Shown in pieces: positions 17,351-26,440 of a stretch of 64,000 bases of DNA (position 1 is its first letter; each line of letters begins with the position of its first letter). Made by a program: the position numbers and the translations under genes. The notes under the pieces are model-generated. The model searched no databases. It saw only the letters and a program-made list of their open reading frames with translations, and was not told the DNA's origin. Source of the stretch: Candidatus Limnocylindrales bacterium (GTDB lineage Bacteria > Chloroflexota > Limnocylindria > Limnocylindrales > CSP1-4); assembly GCA_036002525.1 (NCBI GenBank), contig DASYTG010000039.1:81298-145297 (forward strand). Reading direction: 5' to 3'.

Positions 17351-19526
17351 CCGCGGCGGCGGGCAGCGGCTCCTGGAGCTTGTCGACGGCGGTCGGGCCG
17401 GGCAGCTCGACGACGGCATCGGCCGCCGCGTCGTAGCGGTCCGAAGTCGTGAGGTAGATCACCTGGAAGTCCGCCGCGATCTCCCGCAGCAGCTCGAGGG
17501 CCCGGGCCGCGCGCGCGTCGTCGAGCGTGACGAACGGGTCGTCGAAGATGAGCGGCGGGCGTCGATCGCCGGTCACGAGGCGGACGAGCCCAAGTCGAGC
17601 CGCGAGGTAGACGAGGTCGAGCGTTCCCTGGCTGAGGGTCGTGACCGGGACCCAGTCCCCCTTCTCGGGCGCGAACACGCTGATGTCGAGGGTCTTGTCG
17701 TCGACCTTGACCCGCCGGTACCGGCCGCCGGTCACGCGCTCCAGGTCGGCGACCATCCGCTTCTCGAGGAACCGGGTCGCCGTCCGGATCGTCGCCATCT
17801 CGGCCCGCTCGATCGCATCGAGCGTGCCCTGGTAGATCCGGGCCCGCCGCTGGAGCGTCGCGAGCTGCTCCTCCCAGGCCGCGAGCCGTTCCGCATGACC
17901 GGCGACCTGCTCGGCGTCGACCGAGTTGGCCTCGACGCGAGCCCGCGTATTGGCCTCCTCGTCGCGGGCCGCCTCGAGCGCCGTCTCCGCTTCGCCGACC
18001 TCGACCTCGAGCCGCTCGCGGGCGCGCGGCTCACGGGCGATCGGCCCGATTGCCTCGAGCGCGTGGCCCTTCTGCTCGACCTCGAGGGCGGCCGCGTCGC
18101 GGATGACCGGCAGGGAGTCGGGCGGCTCGCGCCCGACGAGCCCCTCGAGCTGGGCGGTGAGGCGCCCGATCTTGTTGATGTGCTCCTCCTCCGCAACCAG
18201 CTGGGCCTCGGCCGAGGCGAGGTCCGGCAGCTCGAGCGACTGGAGCTGGGCGACGTAGTCCGTTTCCGACTGGTTGAGGTCCTCCTCGATCTGGGACCGG
18301 CCGCGCAGCCTGCGATCGATGTCCGTGTCGCGCAGCTCCTTCTGGAGCCGGTCGCTTCGGCGCATCTGGAAGGCAATCAGCGCGAGGAGCAACCCTACGA
18401 GCGCGATGACACCACCGGCGATGAGGGGCGTCTGACCGAACGGCGCGACGCCCATGAGGTTGCCGGCGAATGCACCGCCGGTCAGGACCACCCCGACGAC
18501 GACCATCACGATCGCGATCCGGGACAGCGGCCGCCACGTCGGCTCCGCCGGTACGTCGAACTCGACGTTGGTCTCGCCCGCCAGCAACCCGCGCAGCTCG
18601 CGGATCCGGACGTCCAGCCCGCGGAGGCGCTCGACGATCTGGCGAAGGACCGGCAGCGGGTTCGGGGACGGGTGGTTCTCGTGGAGCTCGGCGATCTGGT
18701 CCCGAGTCGCGACCCCGTCGCGATAGCGCTCGAACCTCGCCCGGGCGTTCTCCCGCTCCGAGGTCAGCCGCTCGGCGGTCCTCGCCTTTTCGAGCATCGC
18801 CCGCAGGTCGCGGAGGGTCCGCTCCGCGACCGCCCGCCGCTCGCGTGCCCCGGCGAGGATGTCCCGATCCCTCTCGAGCTGGGCGAGGGCGATCTCTCCC
18901 TGCTCGACGGCGGCCCGCTCCTGCTCGACCGCCTGCTCGGCGACCTTCAGCCGGCCGGGATTCTTCGGGCCCTTCGTGTTCAGGTCGAGGAGCGCCTTCT
19001 CGAGCTTCTTGCGAGCCCGCGACGTGCCCCGGTCGGCGCCGCTGATCGAGGCCTGGAGCCGGTCGCGCAGGGCTCCCTCGTCCCGCTGCAGATCCGCAAC
19101 CTCGTGATGGCGGACCGAAGCGGTCGAGCGGAAGAACGCCTCGGTCGGGAGGCCCGTCAGCTCGGCAAGCGCCTGATCCGCCTGGTTCGGGTCCGTCGTC
19201 GACGAGCCATTGACGTCGAGCTGGACCGTGCCCTTCGCCCCGCGGAACGCCTTCTCGAGGCGGCCGGTCCGGGTCGTGTCGTCGTCCTCCTGCTCGAACT
19301 CGATCGTGATGACGGGGCGGGCCTCCTCCGACCCGCCCCACGGACGGAGAGCGTCGAGATCGGCCGTGTTGCTCGTGCACTTCCGGGTGAGGACCAGCTC
19401 GATCGCCCGCTGGATGGTCGTCTTGCCGGCCTCGTTCGGGCCGCGCACGACGGTCACCCCGGGGGCGAGCCTGATGTCGACGTTATTCCGACGCATGTCG
19501 GTGATCGTGAGGCGGGTGATCCTCAC
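17343..19526 (-). CDS. SbcC/Rad50-like AAA ATPase of the YhaN (SbcE) type with a central two-helix membrane hairpin
   Basis: N-terminal Walker A GPNEAGKTT, long coiled coil, C-terminal LSQGTLDLVYLAARL (signature) and PPLIFDDPF (Walker B). Residues ~336-386 (nt 18369-18521) form two hydrophobic helices. GTG 19526 overlaps the upstream stop (GTGA). Confidence 0.8.
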   Translation of the reverse strand: MRITRLTITDMRRNNVDIRLAPGVTVVRGPNEAGKTTIQRAIELVLTRKCTSNTADLDALRPWGGSEEARPVITIEFEQEDDDTTRTGRLEKAFRGAKGTVQLDVNGSSTTDPNQADQALAELTGLPTEAFFRSTASVRHHEVADLQRDEGALRDRLQASISGADRGTSRARKKLEKALLDLNTKGPKNPGRLKVAEQAVEQERAAVEQGEIALAQLERDRDILAGARERRAVAERTLRDLRAMLEKARTAERLTSERENARARFERYRDGVATRDQIAELHENHPSPNPLPVLRQIVERLRGLDVRIRELRGLLAGETNVEFDVPAEPTWRPLSRIAIVMVVVGVVLTGGAFAGNLMGVAPFGQTPLIAGGVIALVGLLLALIAFQMRRSDRLQKELRDTDIDRRLRGRSQIEEDLNQSETDYVAQLQSLELPDLASAEAQLVAEEEHINKIGRLTAQLEGLVGREPPDSLPVIRDAAALEVEQKGHALEAIGPIAREPRARERLEVEVGEAETALEAARDEEANTRARVEANSVDAEQVAGHAERLAAWEEQLATLQRRARIYQGTLDAIERAEMATIRTATRFLEKRMVADLERVTGGRYRRVKVDDKTLDISVFAPEKGDWVPVTTLSQGTLDLVYLAARLGLVRLVTGDRRPPLIFDDPFVTLDDARAARALELLREIAADFQVIYLTTSDRYDAAADAVVELPGPTAVDKLQEPLPAAADG

Positions 19527-20698
19527 AGCGCGACCTCTTGGCCGGCGAGCAGCAACCGCCCGAGCCGGAGGATGTCACGGAGCTCGGCCGCTTCAGCCGC
19601 CTGGGCATCGGCGTCGGCCGCCTCGAGCTCCGCGATCCGCCCCTCGACCTCGCGGATGAACGCCCCGGCGATCGTGTCCGGCGGCGGAAGCGCACCCTCG
19701 GTCATCGCCGGGAGCGACAGGTCGCGGACACGGACCTTGAGGAACGAGGCGCGGACCTGGGCCTCGATCTCGTCGACGTCGATGTCGAGCTCGTCCGGCT
19801 TGACGCCGACGATCCGGACGTCGAGGACGAGGTCCTTGTCCGCCCGGGCGTTGAGCCGGTCGACGAGCGCCGGCTGGCTGGCGATCCCCGCGGCGTCGAC
19901 CTCGGCCTTCTCGAACTTCGTCCGGCCCACCTGGCGCTCCTCGATCGCGACCGCCTTCTGGCCGAGCGCGTTGTCGAGGCTCACGAGGAGGACCTTGCCG
20001 GCCTTGTCCTGGTCGACCGCCACGGGCTCCGGCGCGCCGGAGTAGGCGTACGGGACGGCTCCGGCCGTCCCTCGCTGCGGGGAGTGCCAGTGGCCGAGGG
20101 CGAGGTAGTCGAGGCCGGTGGCGGCGATCTCCTCCCTCGTCACGACGATGTCGTCGCCGTCCGTCCGTCCGGGAATCGAGACCGCGGCGTGGAGCAGGCC
20201 GATGTTCCACGTCGCCCGCTTGTCCGATCCGACCTGGAGATCCTTCAGCGGGCTCTGGGGAGCCCGCCTCGTGTCGAAGACGCGGGCATGGATCACCGCG
20301 TCGCAGGCGGTCAGGTGGACGTCGGGTCGATCGGGAGTGAGGACCGTCACCATCTCGTCGCCCGGGGTCGCCGCCGCCATCGCCGGGATGTCGTTGGCGC
20401 GGTAGACGGACGAGCGGTCGTAGACGTCATGCGTCCCCGGGATGATGACCGTCCGGATCTTGCTCTCGGCGAGTCGCCTCAGCTCCGCGACGACCCGGTC
20501 GACCGACCGCTTCGGCTGGCTGTTCGAGTCGAACAGATCGCCGGCGATCAGCACGACGTCGACCTTCTCGGCAAGGGCGAGGTCGATGGTGGCCTTGAAG
20601 GCGGCGAACTGGCGCTCGCGCTGCGCGGCCGCCTGTTCGCCGAGGTCCGTGTGCCTGGCTCCGAGGTGGACGTCCGCGGTATGGAGCAGTCGGAGCAT
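19523..20698 (-). CDS. SbcD/Mre11-like metallophosphoesterase (YhaO/SbcF type)
   Basis: MLRLLHTADVHLG, VLIAGDLFD, IIPGTHD, LGHWH are calcineurin-like phosphoesterase motifs. ATG 20698 lies in frame in ORF 19523-21085. Confidence 0.85.
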   Translation of the reverse strand: MLRLLHTADVHLGARHTDLGEQAAAQRERQFAAFKATIDLALAEKVDVVLIAGDLFDSNSQPKRSVDRVVAELRRLAESKIRTVIIPGTHDVYDRSSVYRANDIPAMAAATPGDEMVTVLTPDRPDVHLTACDAVIHARVFDTRRAPQSPLKDLQVGSDKRATWNIGLLHAAVSIPGRTDGDDIVVTREEIAATGLDYLALGHWHSPQRGTAGAVPYAYSGAPEPVAVDQDKAGKVLLVSLDNALGQKAVAIEERQVGRTKFEKAEVDAAGIASQPALVDRLNARADKDLVLDVRIVGVKPDELDIDVDEIEAQVRASFLKVRVRDLSLPAMTEGALPPPDTIAGAFIREVEGRIAELEAADADAQAAEAAELRDILRLGRLLLAGQEVAL

Positions 20699-21123
20699 CC
20701 GGTTCCGGCTCGCCTCCCTCTCGGTGAGTGGCTGGAAGCGACGCCCGAGGCGGCATCCAGCCCGCCGGCCGTCCATCCGGCCCGCGGGGTTGGTGCGAGC
20801 GAGGTGCCCCCTTCGCCCTCGCTCGCCACCCCGAACGTTCGCGGGGCATTGTGACAGGTTGGGTGTCAGCGATGCCACCCGGCCGGCATCGGCGGGCTGA
20901 GCGAGGTCGAGCCTGGGGCGACCCTGCGATGCAAGGCATCGATCCGCGGGCCGCGCTATCCTCCGCCGTCGTGACACCGGTGCGCCCCGAACAGGGACTC
21001 CCCATCGGCTCCTGGGTCGCGCGGCCCCGGCCTCTTCCGCCAGCGCTCGTCCCGTCCGTCGATGCCCCTGCCCCCAGCGCGCCACAGACAGAGCGTCCCA
21101 GCGACCCGCGGGAGAGGAGCATC

Positions 21124-21462
21124 GTGACTTTTGTCGACAGGAGCCTCGTGTGCGTGGACTGCGGCGTGGAGTTCATCCACTCCGCGGCCGACCAGGAGTT
21201 CTACTCGCAGAAGGGGTTCAGCTCGGACCCGAAGCGCTGCGCGAGCTGCCGGGCAAGCCGGCGCTCCGCTCGCGAAGGCGGATACGACGTTCGCGAGATC
21301 GGCGGGCCGCGCGGCTACGAGCGGGGCGACGAGCGTCCCGTCCGAGAGTACTTCGCGGTGATCTGCTCCTCGTGCGGCAACCAGGCCCAGGTGCCGTTCA
21401 AGCCGCGTATGGACCGCCCGGTCTACTGTTCGGACTGCTTCCGCCAGGTGAAGCCGGACTGA
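21124..21462 (+). CDS. zinc-ribbon protein (CxxC...CxxC N-terminal ribbon plus CxxC-x17-CxxC C-terminal domain)
   Basis: VTFVDRSLVCVDCGVEFIHSAADQEFYSQKGFSSDPKRCASCR ... ICSSCGNQAQVPFKPRMDRPVYCSDCF. GTG 21124 is preceded by GGAGAGGAG. Confidence 0.75.
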   Translation: MTFVDRSLVCVDCGVEFIHSAADQEFYSQKGFSSDPKRCASCRASRRSAREGGYDVREIGGPRGYERGDERPVREYFAVICSSCGNQAQVPFKPRMDRPVYCSDCFRQVKPD

Positions 21463-21544
21463 CCTCGGGCAGCGCGTCCGCGCCCGGAGCCTGCGACCGA
21501 GGCTCCGCCCGCGCCGCGGGTCAACTGGTTCCTCGAGCAACCGA

Positions 21545-21565
21545 TCGACCCGCCTGGCGGGTCAA
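21545..21565. repeat. palindromic element TCGACCCG-N5-CGGGTCAA (REP-like)
   Basis: 8-5-8 inverted repeat, 7/8 arm complementarity. A matching half-site CGGGTCAAC lies at 21517-21525. Confidence 0.6.
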
Positions 21566-21627
21566 GCATCCGCGGAAGCGCTGATCCAGGCCCGCAGAGG
21601 AGGCCCCGGGACCTCTTCCTCCTGCAG

Positions 21628-21648
21628 GTGACCCGTTGGGCGGGTCGC
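21628..21648. repeat. palindromic element GTGACCCG-N5-CGGGTCGC (REP-like)
   Basis: Same 8-5-8 architecture and GACCCG/CGGGTC core as 21545-21565 and 35867-35887. Confidence 0.55.
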
Positions 21649-21671
21649 CTGGGCCCGGACCCGCCAGCCCG

Positions 21672-22385
21672 CTACGAACCGAGGCGGAACACCTCGCCGT
21701 GACGGAACCGCTCCCGTCGCCGTCCCCGCCAGACGGTGACCCGCGCCCGACCGTGGACCTGCCACGAGCCGTCGCGCCCCACGACCGCCGTGCCCTCGTC
21801 GAGCCCGAGCACGGCCGCGCCCCGCGGCGCCTGGAGGGCCATCAACGCGGTCACCGGCTCCGGCAATCCGTCGTAGTGGGGGATGACCGCCGCGCCGGAG
21901 ACGAACCCGAGCCCGAATCTCCAGCGGAGCGGCCATGGCAGGAACCGGCGCCGAAAGTCGAACTGCCGCTCGGCGAGGACCATCGCGCCGGCCGAGCAAC
22001 CGGCGAGGACCGCGCCGCGATCGTGGGCGTCGGCGAGCGCCCGCCCCACGCCCGTCCCCGCGAGCGTCGACAGCAGGTAGTCGGATCGCCCGCCCGACAG
22101 ATAGACGAGGTCGGCCTCGCCGATCGCCTGGACGTTGGCGGCGTCGTCCGCGTCGATGCGATTCCGGACGAGGACCGGCTCGACCTCCGCGCCGAGCGCG
22201 CCGAAGTGCTCGACGCCCATCGCCGCCCAGCGCTGGAAGACTTCCTCCCCGCTGGGGTACGAGGCGGTCGGCAGGACGACGACCCGCGGTCGGGACCGGG
22301 CGGTCGCGGCCAGGAGCCCGAGGTCGAACTCGGCCATCGGGGGAAGAAACTCGCCGGCGCCGACGAGCGCCACGGGACCGGGCAT
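21672..22385 (-). CDS. peptidase S51 / cyanophycinase-like type-1 glutamine-amidotransferase-fold protein
   Basis: VALVGAGEF, ADLVYLSGG, LAGCSAGAMVL (nucleophile Ser context) fit the S51 pattern. Confidence 0.7.
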   Translation of the reverse strand: MPGPVALVGAGEFLPPMAEFDLGLLAATARSRPRVVVLPTASYPSGEEVFQRWAAMGVEHFGALGAEVEPVLVRNRIDADDAANVQAIGEADLVYLSGGRSDYLLSTLAGTGVGRALADAHDRGAVLAGCSAGAMVLAERQFDFRRRFLPWPLRWRFGLGFVSGAAVIPHYDGLPEPVTALMALQAPRGAAVLGLDEGTAVVGRDGSWQVHGRARVTVWRGRRRERFRHGEVFRLGS

Positions 22386-22440
22386 GTCGTGAGTCTACGC
22401 GCGAAACGGGCCGGATCGTCCCGGCCCTAGACTCCGCTTG

Positions 22441-24045
22441 ATGACGACGACCCAGCGCTGGACGATGGTCGCCGCGATCCTCGGATCGTCTGTCGTGTTC
22501 CTCGACGGGACGATCGTCAACGTCGCGCTGCCGAAGATCGGCGAGACGCTGCCGGCGACGCTCGTGAGTGTCCTCGAAGGTCAGACCTACGTCGCGAGCG
22601 GCTACCTGGCGACGCTTGCCGCGCTGCTCATCCTCGCGGGCGCGGTCGCCGACTACTACGGGCGCCGCCGCGTCTTCGCGATCGGCCTGGCGGGATTCGG
22701 GATCACCTCGATGTTGTGCGCGTTCGCCCCGAATCTCGAGCTGCTCTCGCTCTTCCGCGTCCTCCAGGGGGCTACCGGCGCGCTCCTCGTTCCGGGGTCG
22801 CTCTCGATCATCACGGCAACGTTCGACGGAGAGGCCCGCGCACGGTCGTTCGGAATCTGGGCAGCGTCGACCTCCGGGCTGCTCCTGTTCGGGCCGATCA
22901 TCGGCGGGGTCCTCGTGACGGCCGTCTCGTGGCGGGCCGCGTTCTTCATCAACGCGCCACTCGTGATCCTCGGGCTGTGGGCGACCCTCCGGCACATGGA
23001 GGAGACCCGCGACGAGTCGGCAACCGGCCGATTCGACTGGCTCGGGGCGTGCGTCGCGGTCGTGGCCGTGGGCGGGCTCGCGTTCGGCGCCATCCGCGGC
23101 GAGGCCCAGCACTGGGGGGACCTCACCGCGTTCGGCGCCCTCGGCATCGGCGCGGTCGCGACCCTGGGGTTCCCGTTCCTCATGACCCGCCGGCCGAACC
23201 CACTCGTGCCTCTGGAGCTGTTCCGCTCCCGCGTGTTCACCGTGATCAACGTGTCGACGCTTCTCATCTACGGGGCGCTGTACGTCAGCGTCTATTTCCA
23301 GACCCTGTTCCTCCAGGGCGTCCTGGGCTATACGCCGGTCGCGTCCGGGATGATCGGCGTGCCGACCGGAATCCTCCTGACCGTGCTCTCGACGCGGATC
23401 GGGGCGCTCGCCGGACGCATCGGCCCACGTCCGTTCCTCGTCGCGGGGCCACTCGTGATGGCGGCCGGCCTCCTGTGGATGGCGCGGATCCCGTCGAACA
23501 GCCCGGCGTGGGCGGCGGACATCGCCGAGCCGGCGAGCCTCGTCCCACCGACCGGGGCGCTGCTTGACGTGCTCCCGTCGGTGCTCGCGTTCGGGGTCGG
23601 GATCTCGCTCGTCGTCGCTCCGCTGACGAGCGCCCTCATGAGCTCGGTGGCCGTCCGCTTCGCCGGGGTCGCGTCGGCGATCAACAACGCGGTGTCGCGG
23701 GTCGGCTCGCCGCTCATGTCCGCGATCATCTTCATCGTCGTCTCGGGGACGTTCTACTCGACGCTGGCGGCGAAGGTGCCGGGCGTCGATCCGGCGTCGC
23801 CGGAGCTGCGCCAGATGGTCCAGCCGATCAACCCGCCGAAGCCGGACACGCCGCAGGAAGTCCGCGAGGCTGGCCGGGCGGCGTCGACCGACGCGTTCCA
23901 CGTCGCGTCGATCGCGTGTGCCGCGCTGCTCGTGGCGGGGGCAGCCGTCAATTACGTCGGGCTCCGGGGCGAGCCGCGCGACGCACTGCCCGGGGAGGGC
24001 CCGGCCGCGGGCGACCCGGATCCCGGGTCCGCCGGCCAGGCCTGA
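22441..24045 (+). CDS. MFS transporter, 14-TM DHA2/EmrB-like
   Basis: VVFLDGTIVNVALPKIG, YYGRRRVF, LFRVLQGATGALLVPGSLSII. ATG 22441 is preferred (the ORF track starts at TTG 22438). Confidence 0.85.
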   Translation: MTTTQRWTMVAAILGSSVVFLDGTIVNVALPKIGETLPATLVSVLEGQTYVASGYLATLAALLILAGAVADYYGRRRVFAIGLAGFGITSMLCAFAPNLELLSLFRVLQGATGALLVPGSLSIITATFDGEARARSFGIWAASTSGLLLFGPIIGGVLVTAVSWRAAFFINAPLVILGLWATLRHMEETRDESATGRFDWLGACVAVVAVGGLAFGAIRGEAQHWGDLTAFGALGIGAVATLGFPFLMTRRPNPLVPLELFRSRVFTVINVSTLLIYGALYVSVYFQTLFLQGVLGYTPVASGMIGVPTGILLTVLSTRIGALAGRIGPRPFLVAGPLVMAAGLLWMARIPSNSPAWAADIAEPASLVPPTGALLDVLPSVLAFGVGISLVVAPLTSALMSSVAVRFAGVASAINNAVSRVGSPLMSAIIFIVVSGTFYSTLAAKVPGVDPASPELRQMVQPINPPKPDTPQEVREAGRAASTDAFHVASIACAALLVAGAAVNYVGLRGEPRDALPGEGPAAGDPDPGSAGQA

Positions 24046-24051
24046 ACGCGA

Positions 24052-24079
24052 CGAACCGGGCGGTCGCCCGCCCGGTTCG
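24052..24079. terminator. perfect 12-bp stem / 4-nt loop hairpin between convergent genes
   Basis: CGAACCGGGCGG-TCGC-CCGCCCGGTTCG, 7 nt after the MFS stop and 20 nt before the reverse-strand stop. There is no U-tract. Confidence 0.5.
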
Positions 24080-24098
24080 GAGTTGCGCGGAGCCCGGT

Positions 24099-24497
24099 TC
24101 AGGCGCTCGGCGGCGTCGTCTTCGGCATCGCCTGGTACTCCTGCCAGGCGCCCCAGGCCATGATCACCGATCCGACCGCGACGGCGATCACCGCCAGCGT
24201 GAACAGCCCGACACCGAACAGGATCCCGACCAGCTGGAGCGCGCCGAGAACGCCGAAGATCGCCGAGATCGCTGCGATGACGAGGACGATGAGCGGGATC
24301 GGCGCGGGCCACGTGATCGTCTGCGTCGGTGAGTACTTCAGGTAATAGATCGCCAGAACCGCGATCGCGCCGAGCAGGGGAAGCGTGACGAACCCCAGGC
24401 CGCCGGTCACGACGCTCACGAGCGCGCCGATGAGGACGATGATGGCGCCGGTCGCGACCAGCCGCTCGTTGGCATTGAGCTTGTTGTAGAACTCCAC
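24099..24497 (-). CDS. small 4-TM membrane protein (hypothetical)
   Basis: GTG 24497 preceded by GAAGGGAGG. VEFYNKLNANERLVATGAIIVLIGALV... Four hydrophobic spans. This is the C-terminal part of ORF 24099-25469. Confidence 0.55.
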   Translation of the reverse strand: MEFYNKLNANERLVATGAIIVLIGALVSVVTGGLGFVTLPLLGAIAVLAIYYLKYSPTQTITWPAPIPLIVLVIAAISAIFGVLGALQLVGILFGVGLFTLAVIAVAVGSVIMAWGAWQEYQAMPKTTPPSA

Positions 24498-24692
24498 CCG
24501 CAGCGCCTCCCTTCGATGCCCGCGGACTCCGCGTCCGAGCGGGCTGGCCTCCCTCGTCCAGGCGACACCCATGGGGCGACGCCACTCGACAGGGTACAGA
24601 CCCGGCGCGGCCGCGGCTAGGGGTTCCTGCGCGATCCGTCGTCCCATCCGAGGCTCTTTTGAGATGCCGCATGGCCGCGCTAGGCTGGAGCC

Positions 24693-25439
24693 GTGACCGG
24701 CGATTGGAATGCGCGGAGCTACGATCGGGTGGCCGATGCGCAGGCGGGCTGGGGAGCCGCGGTTCTCGATCGGCTGCCGCTCGAGGGTGGTGAACGGGTG
24801 CTCGACGCGGGGTGCGGCTCCGGCCGGGTGACCGAGATGCTCCTCGAGCGCGTGCCGCGCGGCCGGGTCGTCGCCCTCGATGCGTCCGCCGCCATGCTCG
24901 AGGAGGCCCGCCGCCGCCTTGCCCGCCGTGCCGCCCAGGTCGAGTTCGTCCACGCCGACCTCGCCCGGCCGCTGCCGGTCGACCCACCGGTCGACGCCAT
25001 CCTCTCGACGGCGACATTCCACTGGGTGCTGGATCATGATGGGCTGTTCCGGAATCTCGCCGCGGTCATCCGCCCGGGCGGCCGTCTGGTCGCGCAGTGC
25101 GGCGGCGCCGGCAATGTGGCGAGCCTGAAGCACGTGCTCGCAGGCATCGGCGACGGCTGGCAGGGCGAGTACCTGTTCGCCACGCCCGCCGAGACGACCG
25201 AGCGCCTTCTGGCATCCGGGTTCGTCGACGTCGAGGCATGGCTGACGGAGGAGCCGACGCGGTTCGAGCCCGGCGAGCCGTTCGAGACGTTTCTCGAGAC
25301 GGTGTGCCTGCGCCAGCACCTGGAGCGGCTGCCCGCCGCACAACGCCCTGCCTTCGTCCGGGCGGTGGCCGCCCGGATGCCGGCTCCCGAGCTCGACTAC
25401 GTCCGGCTCAACATCGTGGCGAGGCGGGCCGGCGACTGA
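24693..25439 (+). CDS. class I SAM-dependent methyltransferase (Tam-like)
   Basis: VLDAGCGSGRVTEML motif I, VALDASAAML, IRPGGRLV. Confidence 0.8.
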   Translation: MTGDWNARSYDRVADAQAGWGAAVLDRLPLEGGERVLDAGCGSGRVTEMLLERVPRGRVVALDASAAMLEEARRRLARRAAQVEFVHADLARPLPVDPPVDAILSTATFHWVLDHDGLFRNLAAVIRPGGRLVAQCGGAGNVASLKHVLAGIGDGWQGEYLFATPAETTERLLASGFVDVEAWLTEEPTRFEPGEPFETFLETVCLRQHLERLPAAQRPAFVRAVAARMPAPELDYVRLNIVARRAGD

Positions 25440-25989
25440 CGCCTTCGCGCACCCGGAACGGCCGGCCATGGCCGGGGATGACGACGTCGGCTACGCCGAG
25501 GACGCGTTCCCTGCCCCTCTCGAGCGCGGCCTGGTCCCACGCGAGCGGATCGACGGCCGGCGTCCGATCGGCGTGCCACCACAGGTGGGTCAAGGCGTAC
25601 GTCGCGTCGTCCGCCTCGACGACAAGCGTCGCATCCTCCTCGGTGTGACCCGGGGTCAGCCACAGCTGCGAGCGAGGCGACAGCCGGTAGCCGTCGCCCT
25701 CGTGATCGAGCCACTCGTCGCCCCGGTAGCGCGCCCAGTAGTCGACGACCTCCGCCTTCGGGAACAGCGCGACGTTGATCGTGTGGTCGGGATGGTGATG
25801 CGACAGGAACACGTGGCTGACCGCCTCCGGAGCAACGCCCAGCGCGGCGAGCGGATCGAGGATGAGGCCGGTGTCGGCGACCATCCCGGGATCGGCGACG
25901 ATCACCGCATCGCCGTCGCGGACCAGCACGACGGAGCTGGCGACGCGGTCGGCCGCGTAACCGGCGTGCAGAAGATGGACGCTCGCCAT
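25408..25989 (-). CDS. MBL-fold metallo-hydrolase
   Basis: MASVHLLHAGY..., HVFLSHHHPDH (HxHxDH), TPGHTEED, IPGHG. ATG 25989 lies in ORF 25408-26193. It overlaps the convergent methyltransferase 3' end by 32 nt. Confidence 0.8.
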   Translation of the reverse strand: MASVHLLHAGYAADRVASSVVLVRDGDAVIVADPGMVADTGLILDPLAALGVAPEAVSHVFLSHHHPDHTINVALFPKAEVVDYWARYRGDEWLDHEGDGYRLSPRSQLWLTPGHTEEDATLVVEADDATYALTHLWWHADRTPAVDPLAWDQAALERGRERVLGVADVVIPGHGRPFRVREGVSRRPASPRC

Positions 25990-26191
25990 CCGCGGAGCGT
26001 AGCGGCGGGCCACCGGCCTTGCCCGTCCGGCAGCGCCACGTGGCCTGCAGCCCCCTACGCGGCCTGGGGCATGCGACGGATGACGTAGGCGCGTTCTCGT
26101 CCCTTGTCGGTGGGCCTCCGCCGCCCGCGGAGCGATCCTCCTGATGCAGGCCTTCGAGCTCCATCGGGGCCGCGGAAAGGAGACCAGGGCC

Positions 26192-26419
26192 ATGAACGGT
26201 TACGGAATGATCGCCGCCGACCAGGCCCTTCGCCTCGCCGACGAGCGACTCGACGGCTACCGCAGGGAGCGGGCCATCGACCGCATCGCGGCCGGCCAGC
26301 CGAAGCAGAACCGGTTCGCCGGGATCGCCGCTGCGGTCTCATCCGCGCGGGCCGCCTTCTCGGCAGTCGATACCGACTTCTCGCTCCCGATCCTCCGGGA
26401 TGACCCGTACCGGAGCTGA
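26192..26419 (+). CDS. small hypothetical protein (75 aa)
   Basis: ATG 26192 preceded by GGAAAGGAG. High third-position GC counted by eye. A 16-bp hairpin follows directly. No family recognised. Confidence 0.55.
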   Translation: MNGYGMIAADQALRLADERLDGYRRERAIDRIAAGQPKQNRFAGIAAAVSSARAAFSAVDTDFSLPILRDDPYRS

Positions 26420-26440
26420 TCTCCCTCGGCTCCGCTCAAC

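Noticed and set aside
20832-20841. CGAACGTTCG as a LexA/SOS (Cheo) box
   Set aside because: The Gram-positive/actinobacterial consensus has GAAC-N4-GTTC. Here the half-sites abut with no spacer. It is kept only as an unexplained palindrome.
21562-25017. 1151-aa reverse-strand ORF
   Set aside because: It is antisense to the MFS transporter and methyltransferase and runs through the S51 gene out of frame. It has no recognisable domain and an extreme Arg/Gly/Pro composition.
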